This document shows, one piece after another, positions 28,513 to 41,085 of a stretch of DNA of 64,000 nucleotides (its first letter is position 1; the number at the start of each line of letters is the position of its first letter). This stretch comes from Desulfosudaceae bacterium (lineage in GTDB: Bacteria; Desulfobacterota; Desulfobacteria; Desulfobacterales; Desulfosudaceae). Below the pieces are notes generated by a model. It was given only the letters and a program-made list of their open reading frames with translations. It did not search any database and was not told the DNA's origin. Made by a program: the position numbers and the translations under genes. The stretch covers positions 576,001 through 640,000 of the forward strand of contig CAXXDV010000001.1 of the NCBI GenBank assembly GCA_963674745.2, read 5' to 3'.

Positions 28513-28905
28513 CACATTCCCTCTTCAAATAATTGTTAAACGCGACAAATCCATCTCAAGCCCCGGTATGCTTCAGCCTGCAAAACTCCGCAATCGACAA
28601 AAAGATACGGGCATTAATCTATTTCAAAAGCGATGCTTTTATACAAACCATATAAGCTTCTTATATCAGAAATAATTTTCTTTGTGAACCGGATATTCAT
28701 CCAAACCCTTAACCATTATGTGCGTCAGAAATTTTTCCCGTTCTTCAAAAACGCACCATGGTTTTTTGACAAACCCCTTCCCCGAACAAACAAACGCAAA
28801 CGCTGTTTTACGATTCTTTTATTTATCGCACACAATAATTTGATTTGTCAATATTGATGGGCTGTTATTTTACCAGAAAGGCTCGAAAACAGTTCCGAAA
28901 AGGGA

Positions 28906-29838
28906 TCAAAGTCCTGTCTCAGCCAGTTCTTTTACCAGTTCTTTCTGCTTTTTCGTCAATTTTGCCGGTAAGCCAACCGCTATTTCCACGTACAGGTCTC
29001 CCCGACCGCTCCCCTTCATATGAGGGATCCCCTGTCCCGCCAGACGCAGTTTACTTTTATGTTTTGTTCCAGCCGGGACCTTCAGGTTCAACTCGCCCCC
29101 CGTTACGGACGGCACGGTGACCGTGGTTCCCAGCAGGGCATCACTGAGTTTAATCGTTTTTTTAACATAAAGGTCAACACCATCAAGCTGGTAATCAGCC
29201 GTATCGACGATTTTCGACCTTATGTAAAGATCACCGGGAGGCCCGCCATAAGCACCGGCCGCGCCTTTACCGGCCAGACGAATTTTTTTTCCGGTGATCA
29301 TTCCTTTGGGGATTTTGACATTAACCTTTTCGGCCTGCCTGCCATGCCCCAGAGAAACAGACTTGGTCGTACCGGACACAATCTCCGCCAGGGTCAACGG
29401 CAACTCATAAACCAGGTCCTCGCCTTTTAATTGTGGCTGTTGTTTGGCACCGCCAAAAGGAGAGCCGCCACCGTCAAAAGAAAATCGCATACGACCACCA
29501 CGACCGCCGCCGCCAAAGAACCCGCCACCGCTGCCACCGAAGCCGAATTCTTTTAAAATATCTGACATATCAAAGCCCTGAAAAATATCTTCCTGGGAAT
29601 ATCTCTGATGAAAGCCCTGATCACCAAAGGTGTCGTACTGCTTCCGTTTTTCTTTGTCCTTTAAAACCGCATAGGCCTCGCTGATTTTTTTAAACTTCTC
29701 CTCGGCCTCTTTCTTGTCGTCTCCCTGATAATGATCCGGGTGATATTTCATGGCCAGTTTTCGATAGGCCTTCTTTATCTCTTCGTCCGAGGCTTTTTTA
29801 TCGACTCCGAGCGTTTTATAATAATCGTTTTCTGCCAT
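28906..29838 (-). CDS. DnaJ-class chaperone without zinc finger (CbpA-like)
   Basis: J-domain with HPD, G/F-rich region, DnaJ C-terminal domains, no CxxCxGxG repeats. Confidence 0.92.
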   Translation of the reverse strand: MAENDYYKTLGVDKKASDEEIKKAYRKLAMKYHPDHYQGDDKKEAEEKFKKISEAYAVLKDKEKRKQYDTFGDQGFHQRYSQEDIFQGFDMSDILKEFGFGGSGGGFFGGGGRGGRMRFSFDGGGSPFGGAKQQPQLKGEDLVYELPLTLAEIVSGTTKSVSLGHGRQAEKVNVKIPKGMITGKKIRLAGKGAAGAYGGPPGDLYIRSKIVDTADYQLDGVDLYVKKTIKLSDALLGTTVTVPSVTGGELNLKVPAGTKHKSKLRLAGQGIPHMKGSGRGDLYVEIAVGLPAKLTKKQKELVKELAETGL

Positions 29839-30059
29839 GGTACACCTTTTACGTCTCGTTAAACATGTTTTGACTTAAAACCAACAAACACCCTCTACTT
29901 TCAGAAACTTATCCATGTTTATATAAAATAGGCCGGAAGAGTGCCCATGTCAAGTCAACAAAACCCTTCATCCGGGTTATTTTGTTGTTATCATGCCGGT
30001 TTCCATCGGTTCTGGCCCGGTGTTAATGCCGGCGTTTTACGTCATCGACCGGGGACGAT

Positions 30060-30099
30060 AAAAAAACCGCCGACAGAATAAAGTCTGTCGGCGGTTTTT
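30060..30099 (-). terminator. Strong intrinsic terminator after etfA
   Basis: AAAAACCGCCGACAGA / TCTGTCGGCGGTTTTT perfect stem; a second hairpin lies at ~30112-30134. Confidence 0.85.
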
Positions 30100-30155
30100 G
30101 GATTAAATCATATCCGGTTTGCGTCAAACCGGATGTATCATTGAGCAACCCGCTG

Positions 30156-31115
30156 TCAACCTTCCTGGATCTTCTCGGTCAGTGCCGGCATGACTTCCAG
30201 GATATCGGCCACGACGCCGATATCAGCCACCTGAAAAATCGGGGCCTTGGGGTTCTTGTTCACGGCGATGATAAAACCGCCCTTGATACCGCCCAGGTGC
30301 TGGAAGGAACCGCTGATCCCCATGGCCATATAGACATTGGGCTTAACGGTCTGGCCGGAGGTTCCGACCTGGCGGGATTTTTCCAGCCATTTGGCGTCAA
30401 CAATCGGCCGGGAGCAGGATACGACCGCGCCCATGGCGTCAGCCAGTTCCTGTGCGACCTCAATGTTTTCTTCTTCCTCAATACCGCGACCGATGGATAC
30501 CAGCACATCCGACTTGGTAATGTCAACATCGCCGGCTTCGGCTTCGACAACTTCAAGGAATGTCCGTTTAACGCTCACATCACCGGCATCTGCCGTCTTA
30601 TCGACGACACTGCCGCCGGCGCTCTTGCTTTCGTCCGCCTCAAAGCTGCCGGGACGAACCGTAATGACAGCGCCTGAAGCGATGTCGCAATTGACATGTG
30701 TGCTGACCTGGCCGCCGAACTCCTGGCGGACCGTTTTCAATGTCGAACCGTCAACGCCATCGATACCAACGACATCGGGCACATAGGGTGAGTCCATCTT
30801 AATCGACAGGCCGGGGCCAAGGTCCATGGAAAACGTATCATGCGCCATAAGCACGATGGCGTCCTTCGGCAGGGCATTGACCAGCATGCCCCGGATAATT
30901 TCAGCGTTGGGATAAGCTACCGTGTCTTTATCAATTTTCCAGACTTCCTTGTAAGAAGCCGCCATTTCATTACAGACCGCGTCTACGCCGGATCCGACCA
31001 CAATGGCGTTGACATCGGCGCCGGCATCAATCTTTTTTGCCACGGTCGCAAGCTCCAGAGCGGCATCATCCGCTACTCCATCCTTATATGAAATATATGC
31101 AAAAATCTGCGCCAT
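30156..31115 (-). CDS. etfA: Electron transfer flavoprotein alpha subunit
   Basis: SIGRG, SRPIVDAKW, QVGTSGQTV, GISGSFQHLGG. Confidence 0.95.
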   Translation of the reverse strand: MAQIFAYISYKDGVADDAALELATVAKKIDAGADVNAIVVGSGVDAVCNEMAASYKEVWKIDKDTVAYPNAEIIRGMLVNALPKDAIVLMAHDTFSMDLGPGLSIKMDSPYVPDVVGIDGVDGSTLKTVRQEFGGQVSTHVNCDIASGAVITVRPGSFEADESKSAGGSVVDKTADAGDVSVKRTFLEVVEAEAGDVDITKSDVLVSIGRGIEEEENIEVAQELADAMGAVVSCSRPIVDAKWLEKSRQVGTSGQTVKPNVYMAMGISGSFQHLGGIKGGFIIAVNKNPKAPIFQVADIGVVADILEVMPALTEKIQEG

Positions 31116-31906
31116 TATTTGATCCCTCCTTTGGCCTTTAAGATTTCAACCAGTTTTTCCACGATCTCTTCGGTGCTGCCTTCAATCATTTCAGCGCCCT
31201 CACCCATCTCCGGGACGAAATAATCGGCCCGCTTGACAATGGCTCCGGCAGCGCCGACAGCACCGGCATCCACACCGAGATCACCCGCGCCCATGGCGGG
31301 AATTTCAACGGAAGCGACTTTGCGGATACCACGAATACCGACATAGCGGGGTTCATTGATACCGGTCTGAATGGAAAGCACGCAAGGCAGTTCAATTTCA
31401 CTCATTTCCTGGTTACCGCCTTCGATTTCGCGCCCCACCTTCAACTTTTTATCATCTACCACCTCGATCAGGTTGACCAGAGAGGCGTAGGGTAAATCCA
31501 TCAACGCAGCCAGCATACCGCCCACCTGAGCAGCGCCGTCATCCGCCTGGGCACCGGTCATAATCAGGTCGTAATTCCCTTTTTCGGCCACGCCTTTTAA
31601 AATTGTGGCCAGCCCTTTTCCATCGGACCCTTCAAAAGCATCGTCCGTGGCCAGAATACCTTTTTCAGCACCCATGGCCATTTCCCGGCGCAGAACCTCT
31701 TCAGCGTCTTCGTCACCAACAGTAACCACGGTAACGCTGCCGCCGACCCGGTCAACGATTTGAATGGCTTCTTCCACAGCATAGTTGTCCCACTCATTGA
31801 CCGAATAAACCAGATCCTCACATTCAATGTCATTGCCGGCACCGTTGAGGCAAATCTCGTTTTCCTCGGTGTCCGGGACCCTTTTCACACAGACTAAAAT
31901 TTCCAT
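31115..31906 (-). CDS. etfB: Electron transfer flavoprotein beta subunit
   Basis: VCVKRVPD, NEWDNYAVEEA, AMGA, NEPRY. Confidence 0.95.
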   Translation of the reverse strand: MEILVCVKRVPDTEENEICLNGAGNDIECEDLVYSVNEWDNYAVEEAIQIVDRVGGSVTVVTVGDEDAEEVLRREMAMGAEKGILATDDAFEGSDGKGLATILKGVAEKGNYDLIMTGAQADDGAAQVGGMLAALMDLPYASLVNLIEVVDDKKLKVGREIEGGNQEMSEIELPCVLSIQTGINEPRYVGIRGIRKVASVEIPAMGAGDLGVDAGAVGAAGAIVKRADYFVPEMGEGAEMIEGSTEEIVEKLVEILKAKGGIK

Positions 31907-31994
31907 TTTTATCCTCCTGACTGTTATTTCCGATTACCAAACCCAAACTTACTGTTGGCTCTTTTCCGTGTTGACGATTTTATCAACAGGCGTA

Positions 31995-34049
31995 TTATCC
32001 CTCCAGGTGGCGCGCGATCAGTTCGGAGAAATCGATGGCTTCCATAGTGTCATCCATCTTGGCGACTTTAATGGCATCCTCGATATTCACCAGACAGAAA
32101 GGACAGGCGGTAACAATCACGTTGGCGCCTGCCTCGGCTGCCATTTGAACCCTGACCACGCCCATGCGCTCTTCTTCTTCCGGCTCATAAAACAGCATCA
32201 AACCGCCACCGCTGCAGCACAGCGATCTGTCCCGACATTTTGCCATTTCCACCCGGCGCAATCCGGGAATGGCATCCATGGCATCCCGCGGGGCATCATA
32301 AACGCTGTTATGGCGACCCAGGTAACAGGGGTCATGGTAAGTATAAACTCTACTGCTATCTTCAACAGGCTTTAAGGTTATTTCTCCGGATTTGACTTTT
32401 CTGTCGACATACTGCGCCAGATGCTCAATGGAGGGGAGCTGATCGTTATGATAGTCGTTTTTTATGGCATTGTATGCGTGGGGATCGGCGGTGACGATAT
32501 GTTTCACCCCGGACTCCAGAATCATGTCGATGTTATGGTCCTTGAGGGTCTGAAACAGCATCTCTTCACCGAACCGCCGGACTTCATTTCCGCTATCCTT
32601 TTCGTCTTTGCCGAGAATACAAAAATCAGTGCCGCCGGCAGCAAGAACCAGGGAGGTCGCCCTGGCAAGGTCCTGCATCCGATCATCATATGACGAGATA
32701 CTGTCAACAAAATACAAGGTATCGGCTTCTTCACCTTTTTCCAGAAGTTTGACCGCGCATGTATCTGCAAAGCCTTCCGCCTTGGTCCAATCCGCCCGTT
32801 TTTTCTCCATTTTCCCCCAGGCATTACCCCGCTTTTCCAGGGCGCTCAGGGGTTTCTGGAGTGACTGGGGAACCATACCTTCATCTACCATACCCCGGCG
32901 CAAGTCCACGATTTTATCAATATACTCAATTCCCAGCGGGCATTCCTGCTCACAGGCGCCACAAGTCGTACATGACCAGATTTCATCTTCCGAGTAAATG
33001 TCTCCCATCAGCGGCTTGCTTTCGGCATGCTCGCCCCTCAAGGGATAATTCTCAAAAATCTTTTCCCGGGCCTTGATGCTGATAAACCGGGGGGACAGAG
33101 GCCTGCCGACCAGATTGGCCGGGCACTGATCCGAACAACGGCCGCAGTCCGCACAGGAATAAAAATCAAGAATATGCTTCCAGGTAAAGTCTTCCATCTT
33201 CTTAACGCCGAAGGACTCCAGGTCGTCAAGCTGTTCATCCGACACATCATAACGAACCGGCTTAATGTTACCTTTGTCCAGCCGCATGAAAAGCACGTTA
33301 AAAAAAGACGTAATAACGTGAAAATGTTTTCCCATGGGCAGAAAGCAGAGGAAAAAGAAAAAGATCACATCATGAACATAGTAGGCAAGAATGTGTATGG
33401 CCTGAAGCAGGCCCACAGGAAAGACGGAAAGGATAAGGGTTTCAAACCAGACCAGTGAAAAAATGGCCGCCGGCATGTGACCGGCAGCCGCCATATGACT
33501 GGCTTCATAAAGGCTTTCCGCAATCATCAGCGAGGAGATCAGCCCCAGGACGAAAATGGCTTCGCTTGAGTGATCGAATTCTTTCGGGACATTAAAGCGA
33601 TCTTCTGCTTTCTTGACGCGTCTAATAGCCGCGATTATACAGGCGATCAAAACAACCGTAGCCGCATAGTCTTTAATAAAACCGTAAATCGACCCCAGAA
33701 TGCCGTCCATACCGGGCATCATAAAATCATCTGAAAGTCCGACCACGACCAGTTCCGTGGAGCGGATGGAGAGCACCAGGAAACCGAAAAAAATCATTAT
33801 ATGCAAAACACCGGCCGCCATGTACCGGGGTTGGCGCCATTGCAGGAGCCAGATTTTTATCAGCTGAAAAACCCGTTCCGGAATCCGGTTAAAACGATTG
33901 TCCGGCGCGGCTTTGATCAAGGGAGCCAGACGATTGGCAATAATATAAGCAAAACACCCCACCCCCACCACGGGGATCAGAAACGAAAATATGATCGTGG
34001 GGATACCTAAAAATGTAAAATCAGCGGGACCAACGATTAAAGTTTCCAT
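31995..34049 (-). CDS. Membrane heme b / Fe-S / CCG oxidoreductase (ETF:menaquinone oxidoreductase-like, FadF/HdrF family)
   Basis: N-terminal TM domain with His residues, CADCGRCSDQCP, CTTCGACEQECP, HDPCYLGR, CCSGGG, TACPFC; directly upstream of etfBA. Confidence 0.88.
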   Translation of the reverse strand: METLIVGPADFTFLGIPTIIFSFLIPVVGVGCFAYIIANRLAPLIKAAPDNRFNRIPERVFQLIKIWLLQWRQPRYMAAGVLHIMIFFGFLVLSIRSTELVVVGLSDDFMMPGMDGILGSIYGFIKDYAATVVLIACIIAAIRRVKKAEDRFNVPKEFDHSSEAIFVLGLISSLMIAESLYEASHMAAAGHMPAAIFSLVWFETLILSVFPVGLLQAIHILAYYVHDVIFFFFLCFLPMGKHFHVITSFFNVLFMRLDKGNIKPVRYDVSDEQLDDLESFGVKKMEDFTWKHILDFYSCADCGRCSDQCPANLVGRPLSPRFISIKAREKIFENYPLRGEHAESKPLMGDIYSEDEIWSCTTCGACEQECPLGIEYIDKIVDLRRGMVDEGMVPQSLQKPLSALEKRGNAWGKMEKKRADWTKAEGFADTCAVKLLEKGEEADTLYFVDSISSYDDRMQDLARATSLVLAAGGTDFCILGKDEKDSGNEVRRFGEEMLFQTLKDHNIDMILESGVKHIVTADPHAYNAIKNDYHNDQLPSIEHLAQYVDRKVKSGEITLKPVEDSSRVYTYHDPCYLGRHNSVYDAPRDAMDAIPGLRRVEMAKCRDRSLCCSGGGLMLFYEPEEEERMGVVRVQMAAEAGANVIVTACPFCLVNIEDAIKVAKMDDTMEAIDFSELIARHLEG

Positions 34050-34413
34050 CATGACCTCTTCTTTTTCGGATAAAAATCTATAAATAAAAGTTATTAAATA
34101 ACCGCTCAAAACTGTGTGCTGAAATAAACTTTTTTTTTATCTTATCGAACCAGCCTCGTCAAGGAAAAAAGGGCCTTAATAAAAGGTGTTATGACAAGCG
34201 GTTGTCCGGCCATTGACAGCGCCACCCGGCTATCAGGCCTAAAATATTCTTCGGATGGATAAAAATTGTCCCCTCCGGGGGGGGCTGATGAATAATAACA
34301 GGTCAGCCGACGGGGCTTTTCAGACTTGAACAAATATTTATATATGCTATTTATACATGAATATTATATAGCCACAGACTTTAGGGATCTCCTTTACTTC
34401 CAGCGGGGGGTGC

Positions 34414-36213
34414 ATGACCGTTAACCATAATTATTATATTGTTTACAATCCCATTGCCTACGATCTGATGGGCATGATCTCCGACAGGGCCGTCAACATG
34501 ACCGATGTGCTGTCCTTCCTGACCAAACAGGACGCCCATACCCTGGGAGCGTCCAATTACATCCGTTTTTTGAAATTTGACAAAGGACGGGAAAGAATCG
34601 GCATCAACGATTTTTACGGCATTGATAACTATGCCACATACTATATTGCCAACCAGGTCGCCCGTATCGATCGTAAGGCCAGAATATTTATTGCCGACGG
34701 GAAACGGGAGAAAATTGATGACATTATCAAACGTGAATCACGCAAACCCGCAGCCGTCTTCATGACCTCCATCAGTGCCAATTTTCCCACGGCAGCATTG
34801 TCCGCCATTGCGCTGAACCACGGAAAAATCCCGGTGGTAATGGGCGGCATTCACGTGTCTTCTTCCGCCGGTGATATGGACACGCTGGTCAGGCAGAATG
34901 TGCCCCATCCGGAACTGATTGCCCTGGTCAGAGGCCCCGGTGATTCGAAAGTCATTTCTGAAATACTGGCCGACCTGGCCACGGAAAACCTGAAACCGGA
35001 ATACACGGGTTCGGTTACCCTTGAGGACGGCGTCTGGGGAAGTGAAAACATTGCTGTTCTGCCCGGCATAGAACCGCCCTACCTCAAAAAGCTGCCTGTT
35101 ATCGGCAATTACATCAGCCGCATCACCCGCGGCAATGTGGCCGCTCCTTACCTGGGCTGTCCTTACTCCTGCAGTTTCTGCTCCATTTCCTCTTTGCCCA
35201 TATCCCAGCGCAAGTTCATGGCCAGAACACCCCGGGATTTCGTGGACGAAATAGAGGCCAACCAGCACAGCGGGGCCAGCTTCAAAAACCGCTTTTATGT
35301 TTTCCTCCCCGACAACCTGCTGTTGAGCAAAAAAAAGCTGGAATCATTTTTGGATGAACTGATCGCCCGCCGGATTAAAATCAACTATATTTCCCAGATC
35401 TCAATAGAAATAGCCGACAGCCCGCAACTCATGGAAAAGCTCAGGCAATCCGGCGCGTCTCATTTTTTCATCGGCTTTGAATCCCTGAATCTTGACAACT
35501 TAAAATCGATAAAAAAGCCGGTCGTCAAAGAAATTGAAAAAAGCGGCCTGTCTGTTCCCGACTATTATGCGCGCCAGATCAAAAAAATCCAGGATCACGG
35601 CATCTCCATTCACGGCGCATTTATCACCGGCATGCCTCACGACTATTTTCACGCCATGGACGATCATTCCGGTATCGAGGTGGCCGATTTCTGCCAGGCA
35701 AACAACATCACCATTCAGGCGACCGTTTTGAACGATTTACCGGGATCTAAAAATTTCAAGGAAAGCCAGGAAAACGGTTCCTACCGCTACGGCAAACAGG
35801 GCACGGTGCCATATTTCTGCGCCCTGTCCAGCTCCGACCTGATGGAGTCCAACCGGCCGATACCGGATTCTCTTTTCAACAGCCCCCTGGTCAGCTTTTA
35901 CATGACCTATGATGTGGTCCAACGGGTCTGTTCCAATAAAAGCGCATTGAAAATATCGCTTTCTTCGGCCATAAGCGCTTGGCGGCATCCGACGCTCAAG
36001 GGACGCCACAGCCTGATCGAACGCTACTACGATGTGATGGGCGCGGTGGGCTCTCAGCTGGGCGTCAGTTCCCATAAGGAACATATCGACGCTCTGGCAT
36101 ACTCCAACCCGAAAACCGGGTATGTCGGATGTTTTGAGCGTCTTTTCAATATGGAAAGAAATCAGGACGTGAAAAATCTGTTCCGGGACTATGTCCGACA
36201 ATTTATTGGTTGA
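34414..36213 (+). CDS. Putative cobalamin-dependent radical SAM protein, paralogue 1
   Basis: GCPYSCSFC; preceding Rossmann-like segment with [26 protein letters not shown]. Confidence 0.85.
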   Translation: MTVNHNYYIVYNPIAYDLMGMISDRAVNMTDVLSFLTKQDAHTLGASNYIRFLKFDKGRERIGINDFYGIDNYATYYIANQVARIDRKARIFIADGKREKIDDIIKRESRKPAAVFMTSISANFPTAALSAIALNHGKIPVVMGGIHVSSSAGDMDTLVRQNVPHPELIALVRGPGDSKVISEILADLATENLKPEYTGSVTLEDGVWGSENIAVLPGIEPPYLKKLPVIGNYISRITRGNVAAPYLGCPYSCSFCSISSLPISQRKFMARTPRDFVDEIEANQHSGASFKNRFYVFLPDNLLLSKKKLESFLDELIARRIKINYISQISIEIADSPQLMEKLRQSGASHFFIGFESLNLDNLKSIKKPVVKEIEKSGLSVPDYYARQIKKIQDHGISIHGAFITGMPHDYFHAMDDHSGIEVADFCQANNITIQATVLNDLPGSKNFKESQENGSYRYGKQGTVPYFCALSSSDLMESNRPIPDSLFNSPLVSFYMTYDVVQRVCSNKSALKISLSSAISAWRHPTLKGRHSLIERYYDVMGAVGSQLGVSSHKEHIDALAYSNPKTGYVGCFERLFNMERNQDVKNLFRDYVRQFIG

Positions 36214-36321
36214 ACGCTTTAACTGTTTTTTATACTTGCGCTTTTAATTATTTTTGTTACGCTTTAAATATGTGGGGGTTTTTTCTTAAGCGACAATAAC
36301 TTTACTTCTCGAGCTGTTTTC

Positions 36322-38115
36322 ATGCTTATGCAGGATTATTATATCATTTATAATCCCATCACTTATGATCTTATGGGACTGGTGAACGATCATGACGCCG
36401 CCGTTCCGGATGTGCTGGCCTACCTGACCAACCGAGACCCGGGCGCCCTGAGTGACGAAAATTATACGGATTTTCTCAAGTTTGATACCTCCAAAATCAG
36501 GCATGGGCTGAATGAATTTTTCGGCTTCGAAAATTACGCTACCATCTATATTGCCAACCAGGTCGCCACCATCGACAAAAACGTCATAATATACATTGCC
36601 GACGGCCGAAGAAGAAAAATCTGTGAAATCATAGAAAAGCGCCGACATAAGCCCAAGGCCGTCTTTATCACCACCATCAGCGCCAACTTTCCCGTTGCGG
36701 CCATGGTAAGCATCGCCTTAAACCATGGAAAAATACCGGTACTTATCGGCGGTATTCATGTTTCCACCGTTCCGGAAGATATCGACCGCTTCATCAAAAC
36801 CCATGTTCCGCATCCGGAACTTGTCAGCCAGGTCAGGGGACCGGGCGATTCCAGGGTGATTCGTGAAATTATCGAGGACCTGGAGCAAGGCAGCTTAAAA
36901 CCGGAATATATCGGATCGGTCACACTTGAAGACAGCGTCTGGGGAAAAGAGAACATCCGCCCGCTGCCCGAAATACCGCCCCCTTATCTGAAAAAAATCC
37001 CTTTTATCGGATCTTATCTGAGCACTATTTCCAGGGCCAAGGTAGCCGCGCCTTATCTGGGCTGCCCTTATTCCTGCAGCTTCTGCTCAATTTCGGCCAT
37101 GCCGAAAAACCAGCGTAAATTCACCTGCCGTTCACCGGCCGACTTTGTCGACGAAATTGAATTTCTCCAGAAAGAAGGCGCAAACTTCAAAAATCGTTTT
37201 TATGTGTTTTTGCCGGACAACATGCTGATCAGCAAGAAAAAACTGGAAGAAATCCTTAATGAAATTATCCGGCGAAAAATAAAAATCAATTACCTGACCC
37301 AGATTTCCATTGATATTGCCGACGAACCTTTTTTAATGGAAAAAATGAGGCGATCCGGGTGCTGCCATTTTTTTATCGGCATGGAATCCCTCAATCTGGA
37401 CAACCTGAAATTAATAGGCAAAAATGCGGCCAAAGCCATTGAGACCAGCGGTATGACCGTACCGGAATACTATTCCCGCCAGATCAGCAAAATTCACGCC
37501 CAGGGCCTTTCACTGCACGGCGCATTCATTACAGGCCTGCCACATGATTATTTCAACTCCCTGGATGACCATTCAGGGGTGGACGTGGCTAAATTCTGCC
37601 TGGAAAACCGGATAACGCTCCAGGCGACCGTTCTCAATGACCTGCCGGGGTCAAAAAATTTTACCGAGTCCCAGGAAAAGGGAACCTACCTTTATGGTAA
37701 AGAAGGCAGTATGCCCTATTTCTGCTCCCTGTCCAGTTCGGATTTGATGGAATCAAACCGGGAGATACCGGCTTCATTGAAAGGCAGCCCCCTGGTCACT
37801 TTCTTTATGATGTATGACACGCTTAAACGGGTCTGCAACACAAAAACCGCCCTGCATATCGGATTCAGTACCGGGAGAAAAGCCTGGGGGACACCGACAT
37901 CAAACGGCAACAGCAGCCTCCGGGAAAGATTAACCGACTGGTTGTCCGCTACCGGCATTCATCTCGGTGTCAGCGCCCACCTTGACCATGTCTCGTCCAT
38001 GGCCTATTCTAATCAAAAAACCGGCTATGTCGGTGTTTTTGAAAGACTTTACAACAAAGAAACAAACCCGGAAGTCAAAAACCTTTTCCAGGATTACGTC
38101 AAACAGTTCATATGA
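36322..38115 (+). CDS. Putative cobalamin-dependent radical SAM protein, paralogue 2
   Basis: Same motifs ([23 protein letters not shown]); collinear with paralogue 1. Confidence 0.85.
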   Translation: MLMQDYYIIYNPITYDLMGLVNDHDAAVPDVLAYLTNRDPGALSDENYTDFLKFDTSKIRHGLNEFFGFENYATIYIANQVATIDKNVIIYIADGRRRKICEIIEKRRHKPKAVFITTISANFPVAAMVSIALNHGKIPVLIGGIHVSTVPEDIDRFIKTHVPHPELVSQVRGPGDSRVIREIIEDLEQGSLKPEYIGSVTLEDSVWGKENIRPLPEIPPPYLKKIPFIGSYLSTISRAKVAAPYLGCPYSCSFCSISAMPKNQRKFTCRSPADFVDEIEFLQKEGANFKNRFYVFLPDNMLISKKKLEEILNEIIRRKIKINYLTQISIDIADEPFLMEKMRRSGCCHFFIGMESLNLDNLKLIGKNAAKAIETSGMTVPEYYSRQISKIHAQGLSLHGAFITGLPHDYFNSLDDHSGVDVAKFCLENRITLQATVLNDLPGSKNFTESQEKGTYLYGKEGSMPYFCSLSSSDLMESNREIPASLKGSPLVTFFMMYDTLKRVCNTKTALHIGFSTGRKAWGTPTSNGNSSLRERLTDWLSATGIHLGVSAHLDHVSSMAYSNQKTGYVGVFERLYNKETNPEVKNLFQDYVKQFI

Positions 38116-38600
38116 AACGATCGTTGATTATCGGCATTATGGGCGGCGGCAGCGCTGAAACGGACGATCTGGACAAAGCCTGCCGCCTTGGCGCGCTGAT
38201 TGCCCAAAACGGCTGGCACCTGTTAAACGGCGGGCGGGACGCCGGCATCATGGCGGCTTCGGCCAGAGGCGCCGCCGAAAGCGGCGGCCTGACCATCGGC
38301 ATTCTCCCGGACAATAACGATCACCAGGCATCACCCCACATTGCCATTCCCATCATCACCGGCATGGGCAATGCCAGAAACTGCATCAACGTCCTGTCCA
38401 GCGACGTGGTCGTGGCCTGTCCGGGCGGTTCGGGCACCCTGTCTGAAATCGCTTTGGCCCTTAAAAATAAAAAGCCGGTGATCACCATGGGCTTTTGTCT
38501 TGAAGCCATTCCCGGGATTGATATCAATCGATCCATCCTGTATGCCGCCGACACGCCGGAGGACGTCATCAACATCATCAAACGTCTCTTCCATAATTAA
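38112..38600 (+). CDS. LOG/SLOG-family Rossmann nucleotide-binding protein (TIGR00725-like)
   Basis: [39 protein letters not shown] overlap with the upstream stop. Confidence 0.88.
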   Translation: MKRSLIIGIMGGGSAETDDLDKACRLGALIAQNGWHLLNGGRDAGIMAASARGAAESGGLTIGILPDNNDHQASPHIAIPIITGMGNARNCINVLSSDVVVACPGGSGTLSEIALALKNKKPVITMGFCLEAIPGIDINRSILYAADTPEDVINIIKRLFHN

Positions 38601-38777
38601 ATCCGCCACACACGCCTGTTATCCCCGAAAGCCTTTATTGATCCGGCTTTTTTCTTGTGGTGCTTACCCCCTTTTGCCTTTATTTTTTAACGATAGCGCC
38701 ATCACGCAGGAACGGCGTTATTGTGGATGCGTGTTTTTTATGCTACTTTTTTCTCAGAAAACATGTGGGGAGCAGCT

Positions 38778-40163
38778 ATGGCCGAACGTATGAGGATCCG
38801 TCAACTGTTAAACAGTGACGGCCCCAAAACCGATGTCACCGTCAGCGGGTGGGTGCGTACCCGGCGGGACTCTAAAGAATTTTCTTTTCTTGAACTCAAC
38901 GACGGGTCTTGTTTAAAAAACCTTCAGGTCATTGCCGACCGGTCTCTGGCCAACTATGATGAAGTCTCGCACCTGACCACCGGCTCGGCGGTGAAGGTGT
39001 CCGGCAGCCTGGGACCGTCTCCTGGCAAAGGCCAGCAATGGGAGGTGCGCGCCGGGAACATCGATATCATCAACCAGGCGCCGGAAGACTACCCGCTGCA
39101 GAAAAAACGGCATACAGACGAATTTTTAAGGACCATCGCCCATCTGCGCCCGCGGACCAATAAATACGGCGCTGTTTTTCGTATCCGTTCCGAGTTATCT
39201 TATGCCATCCATGATTATTTCAGAAAACAGGGTTTTTACTATGTCCACACGCCGATTCTGACCGCATCCGACTGCGAAGGGGCGGGCAAACTGTTTCAGG
39301 TCACAACCCTTGACCTGACCGATCCGCCCCGGATCAACGGACAGCCCGACTATGATGCGGACTTTTTCGGCAAAGCCGCGGGGCTGACGGTTTCCGGCCA
39401 GCTGGAGGCGGAATTGTTCGCACTGGCCCTGGGACGGGTATATACGTTCGGCCCCACTTTTAGAGCAGAAAACTCCAACACCTCCCGGCATGCGGCCGAA
39501 TTCTGGATGGTTGAGCCTGAAATGGCGTTCTTTGATCTTGAAGACAACATGAATCTGGCCGAATCTTTTCTAAAAAAAATGACCGGTGCGGTATTGGAAA
39601 ACTGTGCCGACGATATCCAGTTGTTCAAAAATTTTGTGGACAAACAACTGGGAGAGACCCTGTCCAATATTCTCGATCACGGCTTTGAACGGTTGCGTTA
39701 TGAAGAAGCCGTCGGCATTCTCGAAAAGTCCGGGACAAAATTTGAATTTCAACCCGTTTACGGCCAGGATCTCCAGTCAGAGCATGAACGTTTTCTGACG
39801 GAACAATATTTCAAAAAACCGGTCATCGTATTTGATTATCCGGCAAGCATCAAACCGTTTTACATGCGGCTGAATGACGACGGCCGAACCGTAGCCGCCA
39901 TGGATGTACTGGTACCGGGCATCGGCGAAATCATCGGCGGCAGCCAGCGGGAAGAAAGACTTGACGTGCTGCAAAAGCGCCTGCTGGATATGGGCCTTAC
40001 GGATGAAGATTACTGGTGGTATCTTGACTCCCGAAGGTTCGGCAGCGTTCCACACAGCGGCTTCGGACTGGGTTTCGAACGATTGTTGATGCTGCTGACC
40101 GGTGTTACCAACATCCGGGACGTTGTTCCTTTTCCAAGGACACCCGGACATATCGAATTTTAA
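38778..40163 (+). CDS. asnS: Asparagine-tRNA ligase
   Basis: [51 protein letters not shown]. Confidence 0.97.
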   Translation: MAERMRIRQLLNSDGPKTDVTVSGWVRTRRDSKEFSFLELNDGSCLKNLQVIADRSLANYDEVSHLTTGSAVKVSGSLGPSPGKGQQWEVRAGNIDIINQAPEDYPLQKKRHTDEFLRTIAHLRPRTNKYGAVFRIRSELSYAIHDYFRKQGFYYVHTPILTASDCEGAGKLFQVTTLDLTDPPRINGQPDYDADFFGKAAGLTVSGQLEAELFALALGRVYTFGPTFRAENSNTSRHAAEFWMVEPEMAFFDLEDNMNLAESFLKKMTGAVLENCADDIQLFKNFVDKQLGETLSNILDHGFERLRYEEAVGILEKSGTKFEFQPVYGQDLQSEHERFLTEQYFKKPVIVFDYPASIKPFYMRLNDDGRTVAAMDVLVPGIGEIIGGSQREERLDVLQKRLLDMGLTDEDYWWYLDSRRFGSVPHSGFGLGFERLLMLLTGVTNIRDVVPFPRTPGHIEF

Positions 40164-40284
40164 TCTTTTATTAATAAACCACCATTTGATTTTTTTGCCA
40201 AAGAATGTTATTTTATAGAAGAATTATTTGAAAATCGCGTACATACGCGAATAGCAACTTATTGTTTTAAGGTTGAAACGCTTC

Positions 40285-41085
40285 ATGAAAACGATATTGA
40301 TCGTCGATGACACCAGGTTAGCGCGAAGCTTTATCTCTAAAAGGCTGGAACCGTACGCTGATGAGTTTAATGTGCTTACGGCGGAAAACGGTCAGGAGGC
40401 ATTGGAGCTGGCGCAAACCGTCAAGATTGATCTGGTGATTACGGATATTGAAATGCCGGTAATGGATGGGTTCGAACTTCTGGCCAACTTAAACAATAAA
40501 TATCCCCAGATCCCGGTATTTGTCATGACGGCCAAGGGGTCGCCGGAGATTGAAGAGCGTATTGATGCCATGGGTTCCCTTAAATATTTTGAGAAACCCA
40601 TGGACCTGGAAGCACTGGTAGCCGCAATCCGGGAAAAGCTTGACTCCAGCGCGCAGGGGAAGGTAAACGGTATCAGCCTGGCGTCTTTCCTGCAGCTGGT
40701 TGGGATGGAAAGCAAAACCTGTATCCTGAATGTCAAAACCGCCAGTCAGTCCGGTAAGGTTTATTGTCAGAGCGGGGACCTGATCGCCGCCGAGACAGGT
40801 ACGCTGTCCGCCGAAGAAGCGGTCATCGAAATGGTCACCTGGGACGGGGCTGTTATTGAAATTTTAAAGCTCGACAAACAAAAAGAAAAACAGATCAAAA
40901 AACCGCTGATGAACATCCTGATGGAAGCCTCACGCCGGATGGATGAAATGGCAGCCGTAAAAAAAGAAAAAGCGAAAAAAGAGGCGCAGAGACCCAAACC
41001 GGCCAAAAAACAACAACCCCCGCCCGAAAAGAAAGCGCCCGACAGTGACACGACTGATCTGTCGTCGATGTATGAGTGGGACTGA
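40285..41085 (+). CDS. Response regulator, REC plus DUF4388-like domain
   Basis: ILIVDD, ITDIEMPVMDG, EKP; then GISLASFLQLVGMESKTC. Confidence 0.85.
   Translation: MKTILIVDDTRLARSFISKRLEPYADEFNVLTAENGQEALELAQTVKIDLVITDIEMPVMDGFELLANLNNKYPQIPVFVMTAKGSPEIEERIDAMGSLKYFEKPMDLEALVAAIREKLDSSAQGKVNGISLASFLQLVGMESKTCILNVKTASQSGKVYCQSGDLIAAETGTLSAEEAVIEMVTWDGAVIEILKLDKQKEKQIKKPLMNILMEASRRMDEMAAVKKEKAKKEAQRPKPAKKQQPPPEKKAPDSDTTDLSSMYEWD

Noticed and set aside
34142..34333. Possible RiPP precursor for the radical SAM pair
   Set aside because: Opposite strand, no SD, no leader/core pattern; lies in the divergent promoter region.
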